This document shows positions 14,010 to 27,086 of a stretch of 64,000 bases of DNA, in pieces. Origin of the DNA: Chara braunii. Taxonomy: Eukaryota; Plantae; Charophyceae. The stretch lies in assembly GCA_003427395.1 (NCBI GenBank), contig BFEA01000041.1, positions 2,449,770 through 2,513,769 of the forward strand. Reading direction: 5' to 3'. The position numbers were made by a program, and so were the translations under genes. Under the pieces are notes generated by a model. The model was not told where the DNA came from. It did not search any database and saw only the letters and a program-made list of their open reading frames with translations. Position 1 is the first letter of the stretch, and the number at the start of each line of letters is the position of its first letter.

Positions 14010-16226
14010 CCTTGGCAGAAGTCCCTTTGTCCTTCGCCTCGAGTCTGCGTATGATCTCGGCCATAAACGGGTCCTCGCGATAGGCTTCCACCAAATACTG
14101 AGTAACATTGTCCGCAAGATTGAACTCTGTAATCAGCGCTCCTAAGAAATTAGGTCTACGCGACAAGGCGTCAGCAACCTTGTTGTACTCGCCCTTGATG
14201 TACTGGGGCTGAAGTCATACTGCTCAATGACTTCGATCCAACGCTTGAGAGCGTCAGACAGTACCGGCTGAGTTCTCATCCATCTCAGGGTCTGATGATC
14301 AGTCCTGAGGATGAAAAACCTCCCAAGGAGGTAGTGCCTCCAATGGGTCAGAGCCTTGTAAACCTCATAGAGTTTCTTCTCATAGGTGGACTTAGCCAAC
14401 TTTTGAGACGGCATTTTCTTGGACATGTACTCAACTGGCCTCAACTTTTTCCCCTCCTGTTGTGCAAGTACAGCGCCTATGCCATATTGGCTAGCATCCG
14501 TAGTTACTATAAATGGCTTGTCAGGATCAGGAAGTTTCAAGACCTCGTAATGCGTCAATGCATGCTTCAAATGTCTGAAAGCAGCCTCGCATCTCTCAGT
14601 CCACTCCCATGGGGTGTCAAGGCGGGTCAGATCAGTCAAAGGGGAGACAACTATGCTATAGTTCTTCACGAAATTGCGATAGTAGCCGGTCATCCCTAAG
14701 AAAGATCTCATCTCAGTCACAGACTAAGGACGCGAACAGTCACGAATGCTGGCCACCTTCGCGTCATTGGGCTTCAATCCCTCCGTGGAAATCTCATGAC
14801 CCAAGTACAAGACACGGGTGCGGCCAAACTCGCACTTCTCACCGTTAATCTTGAACTTGTGCTGTCGCAGAAGACTCAGGACTTTATCCAAGTGCGTGAC
14901 GTGCTCCTCGACAGTCTTACTAAAAATAAGTATGTCATCGAGGTACACGATGACAAACTTATCCAAGTAGTCATGAAAGATCTGATTCATAGCGTGTTGA
15001 AAGGTGCCAGGAGCATTGGAAAGACCGAAAGGCGTCACCACAAACTTGTACAGACCGTACCTGGTCTGAAATGCGGTTTTGTGTTGATCCTCAGGCCGGA
15101 TTGCAATCTGATGGTACCTGGACTTCAGATCTATCTTACTGAAGTACCAACACCCTTGCACTCTATCTAGCAAATCGTCGATGCGCGGTAGGGGCTCTCT
15201 GTTCTTAACAATGATGGCATTGAGGCCCCTATAGTCAATGCACATCCCAAGTGTTCCCTCCTTCTTCTTAGGTACGAATAAAACTGGAGACCCATAAGGA
15301 GAGACACTCGGCCGGATCCAACCCTTCTCTGCGAGTTCCTTGAGTTGTCGGCGAAGCTCATCGAGCTCGCCTGGAAACATCCGATAGATCCTACCCTTTG
15401 GGATGCTGGACCCTGGGATAATCTCTATCACGTGGACGACCTCCCTCTCAACAACCCCTATCGGCTCTTCAAATAGATCAGGGTACTAAGCAACTACTCC
15501 CTCTATCTCTGGTGGCATTTTCCCCGGCTTGCCTGCAGCAGAGACATAAACTAGGTACATACCCTCCTCCTGATTTTGCTTATAATAATTATAGAAAGCG
15601 GCCGCACACATGCATCTGTGGGACTCAATCAGACTACTAGCTTTGAACTTACGCAATCTGGTGGTCCCTCCACCTGGTAAAGTGTGTTTGACCACTTTTC
15701 GGTCCCAGTCAAACTGGGGCTGTGCCACAGAGAGGTAGTACATACCTAACAACATATTCATGGGGAGTTCGTCACTCACTAGGAACGAGACGAGATGTCT
15801 CAATTCCCCTCCCGCGTACGGGAAACAACACTCGACGTCCTGGAGGTAGGCGTTGACTACCATGCGCTGTTTGTTGGCACAGGTCGACTCCACAGGTCGA
15901 CTCAGGCGCGACACTTGCCTCTGTAAGCGCAACCTCTCAACACACGCGCGACTAATGAAGTTCCTTGTCGAGCAAGTGTCATAATAGGCCCCGGCCTTGC
16001 GGCCGCCAATGACCACCTCGCTGACGAACATCTCACCCTTTGGGACTTTGACTAGGGCCGTCCAAGAAGCAAGCGGGTCTGATCTAGACCCCTCCTCCTC
16101 TAGCTCCTCTAAGGACTCAAACACATTCATCGAACAGAGGCTCGATGGGTCCGAATGTGTTTGCGGGACGACGCTGGAGGCAGTAGCTTGGGCCATCTCT
16201 CGAGATGGTGAGGGTGTATCCACCAC
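14010..16226 (-). pseudogene. pol: Gypsy pol: aspartic protease, RT (YLDD), RNase H (TDAS)
   Basis: YYDTCSTRNFI; SPYGSPVLFV..CIDYRGLN..YLDDILIFS; FIVTTDASQYGIGAVL; internal stops. Confidence 0.95.
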
Positions 16227-16258
16227 CTCGACCCTAGCAGGAACAGCTATTATTCCTA

Positions 16259-18227
16259 CTAGCCCGGCGTGTTTCCCGGAGCAGTGCCAAAAGTACTAGC
16301 TACATTGCTACCAACGGGATGGGAGGATCCCACCGCCTGCCCCATCATAGGCGGGATCTTATCGGTCACCTTCTTGCTGCGGCACTTGAATTGGTTATGG
16401 CCATATTGACCACAACGAATACAGGTCTCCCGTGTATACCGATCTCTCCACACGTCCTCTGTGAGACCCGCCTTCTCCCATGGGGGAGCGTTGGGGTCAA
16501 CTTGACTCTTTGACCGGGAGCCTCCGCGATGTCTACCGGTCGCATTACCTTTTTGAGCTACGGCAGCGACTACTCCACCCCCTGAAGCTTCTACGCTGCC
16601 AGCCTCTGAACCTACTCCCTCTTGGAAGTTGTCGTCTAACTCGATGGTTGAACCATCGTTATCGACAAACATAGTGCGGCCTTTCGCCTTCCAGTTGGGA
16701 GGCAGTGTTTTCTTCCTACCGTCCGTTGTGGGATTATGTCCATGCCCTATCTTCGCCTCAAGGTCTAGGGCCTTCTTGCTAAACGAGGGGAAGTTGTGAA
16801 CATTGATGTTGGCCTCACCTACCAACTGATTCCTGAGAGGCATAGGAAAGCATCTCAGGTAGGAGGTGAGTAAAACCTGGGGGTCATAGCGCACCCCGGG
16901 GACACAGATCAAACACTCTACAACGTCGGTGGCCTCCCTAACTGACTTGAACTGCCTCGTAGGCCGTGTCAGGATCCGCAACAGTGGCCTTTTGGGCCTC
17001 CTGAGGATCATGCCACCTTTCTTCCACCAACTTGAGGAAGTCACCCAATTGCTGGGTGACCGCCCAAGCGCGAAAGTCATGACCGTATCCCTGCAGCTGT
17101 ACTAAACCACTCAACCATCTTGCTGCACTACCCTCTAGGTAAGATGCAGCCACAAACACTTCCTCGTGCGGCAAGGTGAGTTTACACTTGACATAGACCG
17201 GCACTGCCCTCAACCATGTGTCGAGGTCTTCGCCTCTCTTATCCCCTGTGAAGGGTTTAGGAGCGGCGATGGCTGTCTTTGGTACCCACTAAGTTTGTCC
17301 CGGTCCCTGCATCACTCCGGGCTGTGGACCCTGTGACACAGGCTGTTGTGCTAGTTGCTGGGGCTGTGTACTCTGCGGCTGTACATGCTGCGAGACAGCA
17401 GGCTGCGTGGTAACCGCAACCTGCAACGGAGATTGGGTAAACACTGTCTGTACAGGAACCTGCAAAATGGATCCTGCTGATAACCCTCCTGATAGCGGCA
17501 TGCCCAAGGAAACGATCGCGACCGATGATGGGGCTACATATGGGGATACCCCAGTCACCGGTGGGACAAAAGGAGGAGGCTGTACAACGGGCCAGGCACC
17601 TGGCTCAGACATCGATGGCGCTGCCTGCGCTTGCCCAGCCAACAGGGCCAGACTTTGCTAAATGTCCTGAAGGATGGTCGTCTGATGGTCCTGCATTTCA
17701 ACTACATTTAGCAGGACGGACCGTATGGTCCTCACATCGTCAACTACGTGTGTCAGGTCCAGCTCCTCTAACTCACTAACGTCCGCTTGTCTCCGCTGCA
17801 TCCTAACTCTTCTTCTAATCATCCTTTCTTTCTCCGCTTTTATCTCTTCTAAAGCGTTCTGTAGTTGTGCCTCCTGCAATGCTGCTTGTTGTATGGCGAT
17901 CTCATCGGAAGTCAACACTATTGGCTGGCTTGCCATGACGCCAGTGGACTGACTCTGGGTCTGCGCGACCGTTGACCCTACAGATCCTGAACTACTATCC
18001 TGGGAACTCTGCTGCGCAGAAGTGGCCATGGCTGCTGAAGTTGCGGCTTCACTTACGAACGCCTTGCTTGCCTCTTCGGCCCTGACTCTCCTCTGCTGCT
18101 GCTGCCTCTCCCTACGCTGGCGGAACAAATATCTGTCACCCTCTGGACCTAATGCCAAATGGGCAACTGGGCGCCTTGTCGACCGCAAGATCCGGTCGTC
18201 CTCTCTAGTGTCCTCCCCGTCGCTCAT
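16259..18227 (-). pseudogene. gag: Gypsy gag (stops/frameshifts) with CCHC knuckle CIRCGQYGHNQFKC
   Basis: ORF fragments 17658-18227, 17289-17642, 16938-17213 and 16259-17080; AASYLEGSAARW capsid-like motif. Confidence 0.85.
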
Positions 18228-19492
18228 AAGCTACAGCATTGTACACAATCTGCACTAATGCACTCTGGATGCCTACCGCAGTGTAGTGCACAAACCAATT
18301 TAAAATAAATAAATAAATAATTGGTGGCTATTTTGGAGTAGATACACTTGGGGCCAACAGGTAAGTTCAGGTTCCTACAAACGCAACCTATTTCACTTTG
18401 ATTAGTCCGCAAACAGAAAGCAAAAGGAATAGAAAACAATTCTAACTAATGCTGTCTGTTAGATGTTAAATGGCTGTACATATAACTAATCAAAATAAAA
18501 ATAGAATCGTTTGCTTGGTATGTTCACAACATGGTATCTTACTCGAACTTATCACCTGGAATCTACCCTTTCCCCTGGTTCCCCTGAATGTCACTTTACG
18601 TCAGCGTCCCTGAGCAATCCGAAGAGCGTTGCGTGTCTAAAAGGTGTGTTCGGCCCACCCCTGTGCCCCGAGTATCTGCTGAGCTGGCCAGCCCTGCACT
18701 GGATTATCCTCGCGTGCAGCAAGCCTTACAACCATTGGCTGATCCAGAGGCAATTTAACGACCGCCCCCAAGTGTCATCAAGAATTATTTTACGTCGCAG
18801 CAGGACGACGATCACGGCCAATGATTTCCCCTTCTGGTTCTTATTTAAAGACGTCCGGTCTCGTCTCCCACTTAGGGCTGGCCTGCCCTTCATTACCCAT
18901 CTAATAGCGCAGCAAGCTGAACAAAGGACAAGCAGCAAAGCATGCGTGCTCTACTCCCGATGGGTTGGCATGGTGACCGTGACCCAGTGCTTCGTCCAGG
19001 GCCCTTCAGAAAACTCCGACCATCTTCTCCCAGATGCTCCACGTGAACATTGCCGACTCTCAAGGTTGAGCGCACTCGACACCTCACAATGAGAGGACTC
19101 TCAAGAAGGAACACACAACCTCACAGTAAAAAGTGTCGAAGAGGGTAGATAAGGTTAAAAGCAACGTACCTCATTATAGCTGCCCCCAACCACAAATATT
19201 CTCACCAGATGACCTGATGGCGATTGCGATGAGCAGTCACTGCATCAGCACAACCAGCATTGTCTCGCCGTTCCACCTCAACATCAATCGGCCACCAGAT
19301 AGTTCTCATCACACTGTGAACACCCAATGTACACACCACAACCTTCCTGGCGATCCCCTCACCTGGTGGGTCGCCACTCGTTGTCTCCGCCCTCCTCACT
19401 ACACACCCCCTACGGCCTCACTCACCAAGCAGACCGCATGTATGTACCGCATAAGGCAGATGACAAGCGCCAGATAAGCGCAACGTACCACA

Positions 19493-19504
19493 ACTCCGAT
19501 ACCA
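19493..19504 (-). promoter_or_regulatory. Primer-binding site, tRNA-iMet type (TGGTATCGGAGT)
   Basis: Near match to TGGTATCAGAGC immediately after the LTR end. Confidence 0.75.
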
Positions 19505-19507
19505 AAT

Positions 19508-20426
19508 TGCAAGGAAGATGAGCAATAGCGAACTTCAGCAATCAAACAACAACATACATATGAGTCCAGATAGTCGTGACCTCGAACCAACAACAGAATT
19601 GCATCACGAGTTTTATCAAATAAGAACACATCAAGAGTTCATAATTGACAATGCTGAAATAGTCCCATCATCATCATCAACGAAGAACCAAAGTTGATAT
19701 CCTATCCGGCGCTCGATGCCCAGACAACATATGGCAGATCCTATCTAGCCTATACTACAATGCCGAAGTTGACGACAACAACTCTCCCGAAGTACAAGCA
19801 GATAGCGGCCAATGTCGCATGCTTACAGCACCAGGTAAGTCTCTCGCTTCACTCACAACCTCGTTCCCCAACACACAGATGCCACTTGCACCCAAGGACC
19901 ACCCTGCACCACATCCAGCTTGCAGCAGCGCAGCTCGGCTATGGCTGCCTGCTCCTCCCTGCTCGCCCGTGAGCGCGTGAGTGCCAGCGAGCTTCAGCGC
20001 AGCAGCGCTTGCGCAGCATGCAGCCAACACCCGAATATCCAATGTGGAGGCAGGCCCTTTGCTATATCAAAGTGGCCTGCCTGCATTCAGTCCCAGGAAG
20101 CTTCCAGTAGGCCCCGACAGCCTGAGGCCCAGCACGATAGAGAACAGGCCTTGGGCCTGAGGTGGTTGCATGCAGCCAACTGCCTTTGGCCTGTGTTTGG
20201 CCCAGTACCCGTATCCAGCCCAGGGCCTGCTTCCCATACATTCACACAGGCGGCCCAGGGCCTGGGTGCTCTCAACCAACGGGCGCTGCGCAACTGCCTG
20301 AATTTCCTTAGTTGCACAGTGGTTAAAATAGGGCCCTGAGGGCCTTGTCGAGCCTGCCTTCACTTAGGGCGGCTGACTTGGTCCAAAAAGGGGCCGAATG
20401 GGGCTCATAGAGGCAGTGGCCTCGCA
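19508..20426 (-). repeat. 5' LTR (TG...CA) of the chromovirus
   Basis: Begins TGCGAGGCCACTGCC (cf. TGTGAGGCCATTGCC at 10937) and ends CA three bases before the PBS. Confidence 0.75.
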
Positions 20427-21419
20427 TTAAAAACACCCCCCCCCAAAAAAACCCATAGTATTGAAGCTTCGCGCCAACGCAAAGTGGCCAACTAAATGGC
20501 CAACAAATGATTAAGAAAAAGATTATATTGGCCAACAGGAAGCTGCATCCACGAAAACAAAGACCATCCACACTAGAAGTGGATACACGAAATGATCAAC
20601 GACTCACGCATGTCACAACGGCCGCACGTGGTCGAAAACGGCGGAGCACAAGCGTAAATCGGACGTAGTGGGACGAGGCCCCTGGGGTCTGTTTTGTCGA
20701 AAAGAAAAAAAGAAAAAGGAAAAAAACTTGAAAAAATCTTCTTAATTTTCAAAAAAATTTCCATGCGTCTGCCCAATTGCCCCCCTCATTAGGGTCGGGA
20801 CAACCTTTAGTACCACGCCATGTACGCAATGCAAACCAACATTTCTGTCGGCTGCGCCTGAGAGCAACACATGTTGGAAATCGGGTCCAGCATCGCTTGG
20901 AAAATAATGATTGGCAAATTCAAACTGAATGACAGCAAGTCCCAACCACCTGTAGACTTGGATTTCTATCCTGAAGAGGATCCTCAACTGTTTACCCCCT
21001 GCGGTCTGATCCCTGTTTTTTGCTTTGATTGACATCACCGTCCTACCTTTCGCTGCTCCACCGGTGAATCTACGTTCCCTGTCCTCCCCNNNNNNNNNNN
21101 NNNNNNNNNNNNNNNNNNNNNNNNNNNNNNNNNNNNNNNNNNNNNNNNNNNNNNNNNNNNNNNNNNNNNNNNNNNNNNNNNNNNNNNNNNNNNNNNNNNN
21201 NNNNNNNNNNNNNNNNNNNNNNNNNNNNNNNNNNNNNNNNNNNNNNNNNNNNNNNNNNCATCCTTTTTTTTTTTTTTTTTTTTTTTGGACATGCTCCAAT
21301 CTATTCATGGGGAGCAGCACGTGCTGGGAATCGGGCCCAGCGTCCCATATGAAGACATGAAAAAACAATTTATGAGCAAATCGGCATCCTGACCCCTGTT
21401 TCAGGTGAGACTTCTAGGG

Positions 21420-24400
21420 GGAGCCCTGTGCTGATGCTCCTGGATACAAATCCTGCACCAAAACGCCACTACATGTGTCCAAGTTCATGGAAGTCTTGCG
21501 CCATCCCTGCACTTAGAGTGTTCGGTAGCCAAGGAGACCCTATTCCCCCCTTCCTTTTCCTGGTCATCATGGAGGCATTGGCCGCTAACCTTTGGACAAA
21601 CAAGAATATTACCAAAATACGAGTTACACGCATCCCGGAGGAGGCAATCCCGGTGTGCTCCTTGTTCGCAGACAATCTCACAATAATGGCGGAGGCCACA
21701 CACCGTAACATGGAGGAAATCCAACGGATGATGGAAAAGTTTGCCAAGGTTTCTGACATGATAGTAAATTGGGGCTCCAAGATGCAAGGATGGTGGATTC
21801 ACCACCAAGGTGGACGCCCCCCAGAGTCACCACGCATTGCATGGATGCCATTAGAGACACCAATAAGAATCCTGGGGGTATCCATGACCGCAGAGGGACG
21901 ACCACCAATCAACGACGAGTGGATCAGCGCCCCGACTCTACTCAAACTAAGCAGCTGGAAAAATAAACCCACATCTCTCTTCGGTCGAGCCTTAGTACTT
22001 AATAATGTGGTCTTCGCATCACTATTGTATAAATCTCTGCTGTGACCATTGAGTAAAGAGGCTTTGAGGGGTCTACAGAAAAAGGCAGCCGCCTTCCTAT
22101 GGAGAGGGGATGGAGAACAAAATAATGTAACAAGCCGAGTGACCTGAGACTCGATTATCCAACCAAAAGCAGGAGGAGGCTTGGGAATTCTTAATCCGTC
22201 CACGCAGGTGCAGGCATTACAAGTGAAATGGATTAAAAAACTGATTTTTGCCCCTCAAAGCCCGTAGAGTGTTTTAGCCTTGGAACATCTGGGCCGTTTG
22301 GCCCCGGTCGCCCCCCAAACGATTCACCCGTTGACTTGGCTAGAAGACCGTTTTTGGTCAATCCCGCGTAAACTCTCACATGGAAGGGAGGGAGCGAAGG
22401 AAGGAGGTCAGACGTTGGACAACTTTTGCCCATCCCTATTGCAAACATGGCGCAAACTCCCGCTCCCAGATAGATCTCACCCCGACCGCTGGGAGGAGGT
22501 CCATCGCCAATCCCCTCTTCGGAAATAGATGGGTGACAGACACGAGGGGCTGCGTTATGACAAGCTCATCACTACCTTGGAAGAACTGGGTTAAACACGG
22601 TATACTCAGGGTAGGGGATCTGTGGGACAATGAAAGACAAGACATGAAAACAGGGGATCAACTGCGAGCAACCTTGAGATATTGTCATCACGTAGAGGAA
22701 CTTCTGGAAAATCTTATTGAAGCCATCTCACTGGAATGGTACCGAATCCTCAAACACGACCCCAACTTGAGAGAAGGGGATTGGGTGGCAAGCACGGAGA
22801 CCCCGTTGAGGGTTGGTTTGATACATATGGTGTCGCCCCAAACAGTCTTAGTCGAGTCCTATATTATCACCAATACAGGCACCCTCCAAGGGAATTGAGC
22901 ACCCTTGGAATGGAGAGACAGAGCATCAGTGCACCGAGTGAGAGTCATCGAAGAGAAGGGACAGAGGGTGGCGTTCCAGCCAGACAAACTAATCCAGGAT
23001 CTGACTCTGGACCCAGTGGAATGGGTTTGGCAGCCCCCCCAAAAGAGGGGGGGGCCCAGGACAAGTCACATTAGCCTGCACCAACTTTCGGTCAAATCAG
23101 TCTATAAAATGCTCAGACCTAAACGGCATCTAAGGGATATGATTAATGATCGATGGTCAGGCATCTAAATGTGGATTGGGCTCTTCTGTCACCGATCCAA
23201 TAGTTTAAAGAACAAAAACATAAGCCCATGAAAATCACCACACTGCATTAGCAGATAGCCCACTGCTGCCTGCCAACCAACGACTGGTTAACTGACCGCA
23301 CAAACCTCGAACAAAAAGGCCTGTTGCTTCCGTGGTGCCAGCGGTGTAAGAGTCTCTTCCCCTCCCACAAGAAGGCAGAAACCATTGAACATATATTTAT
23401 GCAATGTCCAATCGCTCAATACATATGGAGGTGGTGGGACCGCATATGGCGGAAAATGGAACTAGACATCCCCTGACCCTGGTCATGGCAAGCCATATTG
23501 GCAGGACACTGTTTTCGGCAGGAACAGCTTCGGCCTTCGTAGGGAACATGTACAGACTGGGGAGGAAGGCAGTGATATGGGCACTTTGGTGGCAAAGATG
23601 CACCTTGGCCATGGAAAGGGTACGGGTGGAGGGCGCGGAGATTACAGAACAGATTCAGCAGCAGATACACCTTGAACTCACACGCAGATGGGTGGACACA
23701 AAAACTCAATTAGACCAGTTCAGACAAATAGGAGATGTCAGGAGACGAATTATGACTTTTTGCACAGACTGGGTAGGAGGGGAAAGGGAAGGATGGATCA
23801 CAAAGGTAGAATGGAGTGGGGATCAGGGAGAAGGGTTGCGAGAGTTGGAAAGAATGAGAGATTACCGTTTAGTGTTCAAAGACTGGACTAACATAGAGCC
23901 CTCGTTCCCATTGCGCCCTCCCTCAGATTTCCCAGATCCCTTCCCGCCCCACGCCCTGTCACTGGCAGAAATCTTGCTCTAAATGTGTCACTGATAACCT
24001 GTCTCCTTCACAATCCTCCCTGGAGCCCCCTGGGGAGGACCCCGCTCATCCTATATTTTTCTGCCTTTTTCAGTGGAGAAGTCAACGGGTGACTTGAGCA
24101 ACTGGCAACATCGACCAGGGTTTGGAGTGAGCAGCAGCCCTTGAATGGTATCAGTTTTCAACGACTTATCTGGCGCCCTTCGGCTGTGGGTGAAGAGATA
24201 CGGAAGGCAACGGTGGATCTCCAAGCTCAAAATGGACTACAACACACTCTACCGGCCGGCCAACGGCCGGTGATCCCTCAAAACTCACAATAGATTANAC
24301 TATTGGACATTCTACTGGCCTGCTCAGTCCATCCCCTGGGTCGAAGGGTAATCAATGCTGGCAGGCCCCACAGCCATTGTTCTCATTTTTTCTCAGACAT
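21420..24400 (+). mobile_element. 5'-truncated L1/Tx1-like LINE remnant (RT C-half, CCHC zinc finger, 3' UTR)
   Basis: SQGDPIPPFLF, SLFADNL, ILGV, SLFGRALVLN, GGLGI, WCQRC...ETIEHIFMQC; multiple stops. Confidence 0.88.
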
Positions 24401-25842
24401 GTGCAGACATTCTTTTGTAAAAAGGGACGTTGGGCCCGATTTCCAGCAGGTGACGCTCCCCACCAATAGATGGAGTCCTTCCCCAAGTGTTAGTGGTGTC
24501 TGCTCTTATCAGCAGCACTAACACTGGCGGGGGTTTAAAAAAAAAAAAAAAAAAGATGCTCCTGCCTTTTGTAAGCTTAGCCCTCCCATTCTGAACAGGA
24601 CCTTGCGCTGCTTGCTACTTGTAGTCTGCATCCTGACCCCTGTTTCAGGTGCGATTTAGAGGGATGCCATTTGTGATACCTCTGCCGCTTCCTGTGTAAT
24701 CGCCAGGGGTCCACTGTTATCTGTTGCTGAATCGCTGCTTCTTGCTGCCGCCCATGTTGTTGTTGAAGATCTTTGAACGTCACAAGCTGTTGCAGGTGTG
24801 GCGGAATGGGGAGGGGAACCCTGAGAGGCGCCACAAGGCCCACAAGTGGTAAAAGGGACCCCAGCATTTCAGCCCATAGGTTGCCCCCCCCCCCAAGCAA
24901 TGAAAAGGGCATTTGGTGACAAGGGGGTTGGGTGAAGGAGGGCTGCCAGTGAGGGTTGGGGGAGGGAGCGGAGTGGCCGGAGGCAGGCTACCAGTGAGAG
25001 GCGGGGGGGGGGCGGAGTGGGGATAGCGGGCTGAGTACTTCCATGTGTCAGTTCTTGGCTGCCGGGATGGTGGTTATGATTTCTGTTCCAGGTGTGGCAG
25101 ATGTCCAGTGCTGTATTGCCTAGTACTTCCAGGTGTCAGTTTTTGGCTCGATGATTCGGAGCGTCGGCTTACATGTATGGTGGATGCGACATGTGTTTCA
25201 CCTATGCCACCAACACGCTTTGGAATGAGCTGTACTTCCGATCTTAATTTCGACTTCCATTTCTCGTTTGAATCGGAGGCATACTTGGGTTTGTGCACTT
25301 AACAAGGTGCATTTTTTTCATTGTGGCATCGTGCTTTCCCGCTCTCATACTTTGACTGTGTTGCTGACCAGTTTCTCTTCCCCCCCCATAGGCAATCAAC
25401 ATAGTGAAAGATTTAAAAAGACTCAAACAAGCAAAAAAAGGAGCTAGACTACAGTGCTAAACCTATAAATTGCACTCGAAGTAACCGTGTTGAATTTCCG
25501 AGCGTTGTTCGGGATGCGGTCAGGTGAGTTTTGGGAGTGACTAGTCGTTGCCACGCCCTAAACCAGGTGCCTATGGTGATAGATCAGATGTGCGGAAAAA
25601 CTAAACTAGCTGATCCTTCCAGGCTGGTTGGCACTTTGGCAGGGTTCTGTATCATATGTATGGACCGCACGGCCGCATGGGCAGCTTGAAAATGAAAGCA
25701 GGGTATGCATCTGCAGTCATGACAGTCTCTGCTCACTCCATCTCTTCAGGCAGGCGATTGGTTGCTGCACCATCAAATCCAACATGGAGTGCAAATGGAG
25801 GTCTTTGCAAGCCTCAAGGGAAAGGGGAAATGAATGTCTTCC

Positions 25843-25908
25843 TTACCTGTACATAGCATAGACAACAAGCTGGAGAATAGATAGCAGAAAACCAGATATG
25901 TTTGGGAT
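25843..25908 (-). CDS. SWEET: SWEET TM7 exon (IPNISGFLLSILQLVVYAMYR), ending at a TAA or spliced at AG|GTAAG (25847)
   Basis: Pyrimidine tract plus ttgcag acceptor; PN..G......QL..Y..YR is the SWEET TM7 signature. Confidence 0.92.
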   Translation of the reverse strand: MPNISGFLLSILQLVVYAMYR

Positions 25909-26302
25909 CTGCAAACAAGTGAAACCAAAAGGAAGAAAAAAACAACCACTGTCAAGAATGCCAATATAAATCAATCCAGCCAACTTGCTGGTGGAATAGG
26001 AACCGGGCTGACGCTCCTCAGAATTGATACGAAGCCCAGGGCCGTAAGGCTCCGTTTGTTTGTTTGTTTGTTTTTCTCTTCTTAAGTGAGATCTCCGAGT
26101 AACCACATGGCAAACGCTCCCTGCAACATCCACCTGTTCACACTGATGAATTGTAAATGATCTTCCTCTTCCCTTTTCCCTTGAAGAAAAAACGTTCTTC
26201 TCTTGTCGAAATATGGCCATTAGAAGGTGGAGACTTTCCTATTCTAACTTGTTATGGGATAAGCCTACAACAGAGAGCCTAGCTCTTGAATGCAGCTTCC
26301 TT

Positions 26303-27086
26303 ATCTGGCAGCCCAGCAGCTAAGTGGATCTGCACATCTAGCTCCCCAACGCCAATGCTGAGGTTACAGGATGGCGCTACCCATCCCAGCATGAGCCCGA
26401 CGTCCTCCACTGTGCAAGCACGGATTCGAACCGGCGACCTCGGCCTCAAGAGTCAGGTATCTTAACCACTACAGCCAGGACACGGTGTTCAAAAGCGGAA
26501 CCATACCGGTCGTGATACCCCCACCACTGCAAGGCTGTAGTGTCCAACTGAACACACACCACACACAACACCACACAGACTCGGCGAATTCTCGCACACC
26601 TCGCTCTCGCCAATCAGCACAAACCCTTACCACTGGTACTCACGGGCCACATCTATCCCGCGGTTATTGGGTGCTTCCACAGCAGCTAAGTGGATCTGCA
26701 CATCTAGCTCTCCAACGCTGAGGTTACAGGAAGGCGCTACCCATCCCAGCATGAGCCCAACGTCCTCCACCGTGCAAGCACGGATTCAAACCGGCGACCT
26801 CGGCCTCAAGAGCCAGGTATCTTAACCACGACAGCCAGGACACGGCGTTCAAAAATGGAACCATACTGGTCATGATATCCACCCCACCCCTGCAAGGCTG
26901 TAGTGTCCAACTCAACACACACCACACACAGCACCACACAGACACGGCGAATTCTCGCACACCTCGCTCTTGCCAATCAGCACAAACCCTTACCACTGGT
27001 ACTCCCTCCCTTCCGCCTATACGGGCCACATCTATCCCGCGGTTAACGGGTGCTTCCACAGCAGCTAAGTGGATCTGGCAGCCCAG
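26303..27086 (-). mobile_element. Tandem ~360-380-bp repeat with tRNA-derived Pol III box A/B (SINE-like), flanked by 14-bp direct repeats ATCTGGCAGCCCAG
   Basis: Minus strand reads TGGCTGTAGTGG...GGTTCGAATCC at 26418-26482 and 26778-26842. Confidence 0.75.

Larger units (their letters stand above)
10887..20426 (-). mobile_element. Ty3/Gypsy chromovirus LTR retrotransposon, near full length, decayed; 3' LTR truncated
   Basis: Order 5'LTR-PBS-gag-PR-RT-RH-IN-chromodomain-PPT-LTR start; matching LTR termini at 20384-20426 and 10893-10937. Confidence 0.92.

Noticed and set aside
25074-25298. Candidate SWEET C-terminal exon
   Set aside because: No acceptor and phase combination gave a convincing continuation; cannot be supported without transcripts.
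26418-26482. tRNA-Lys-like gene
   Set aside because: Box A/B are present but the acceptor and anticodon stems do not pair. It lies inside a duplicated repeat unit, so it is treated as tRNA-derived.
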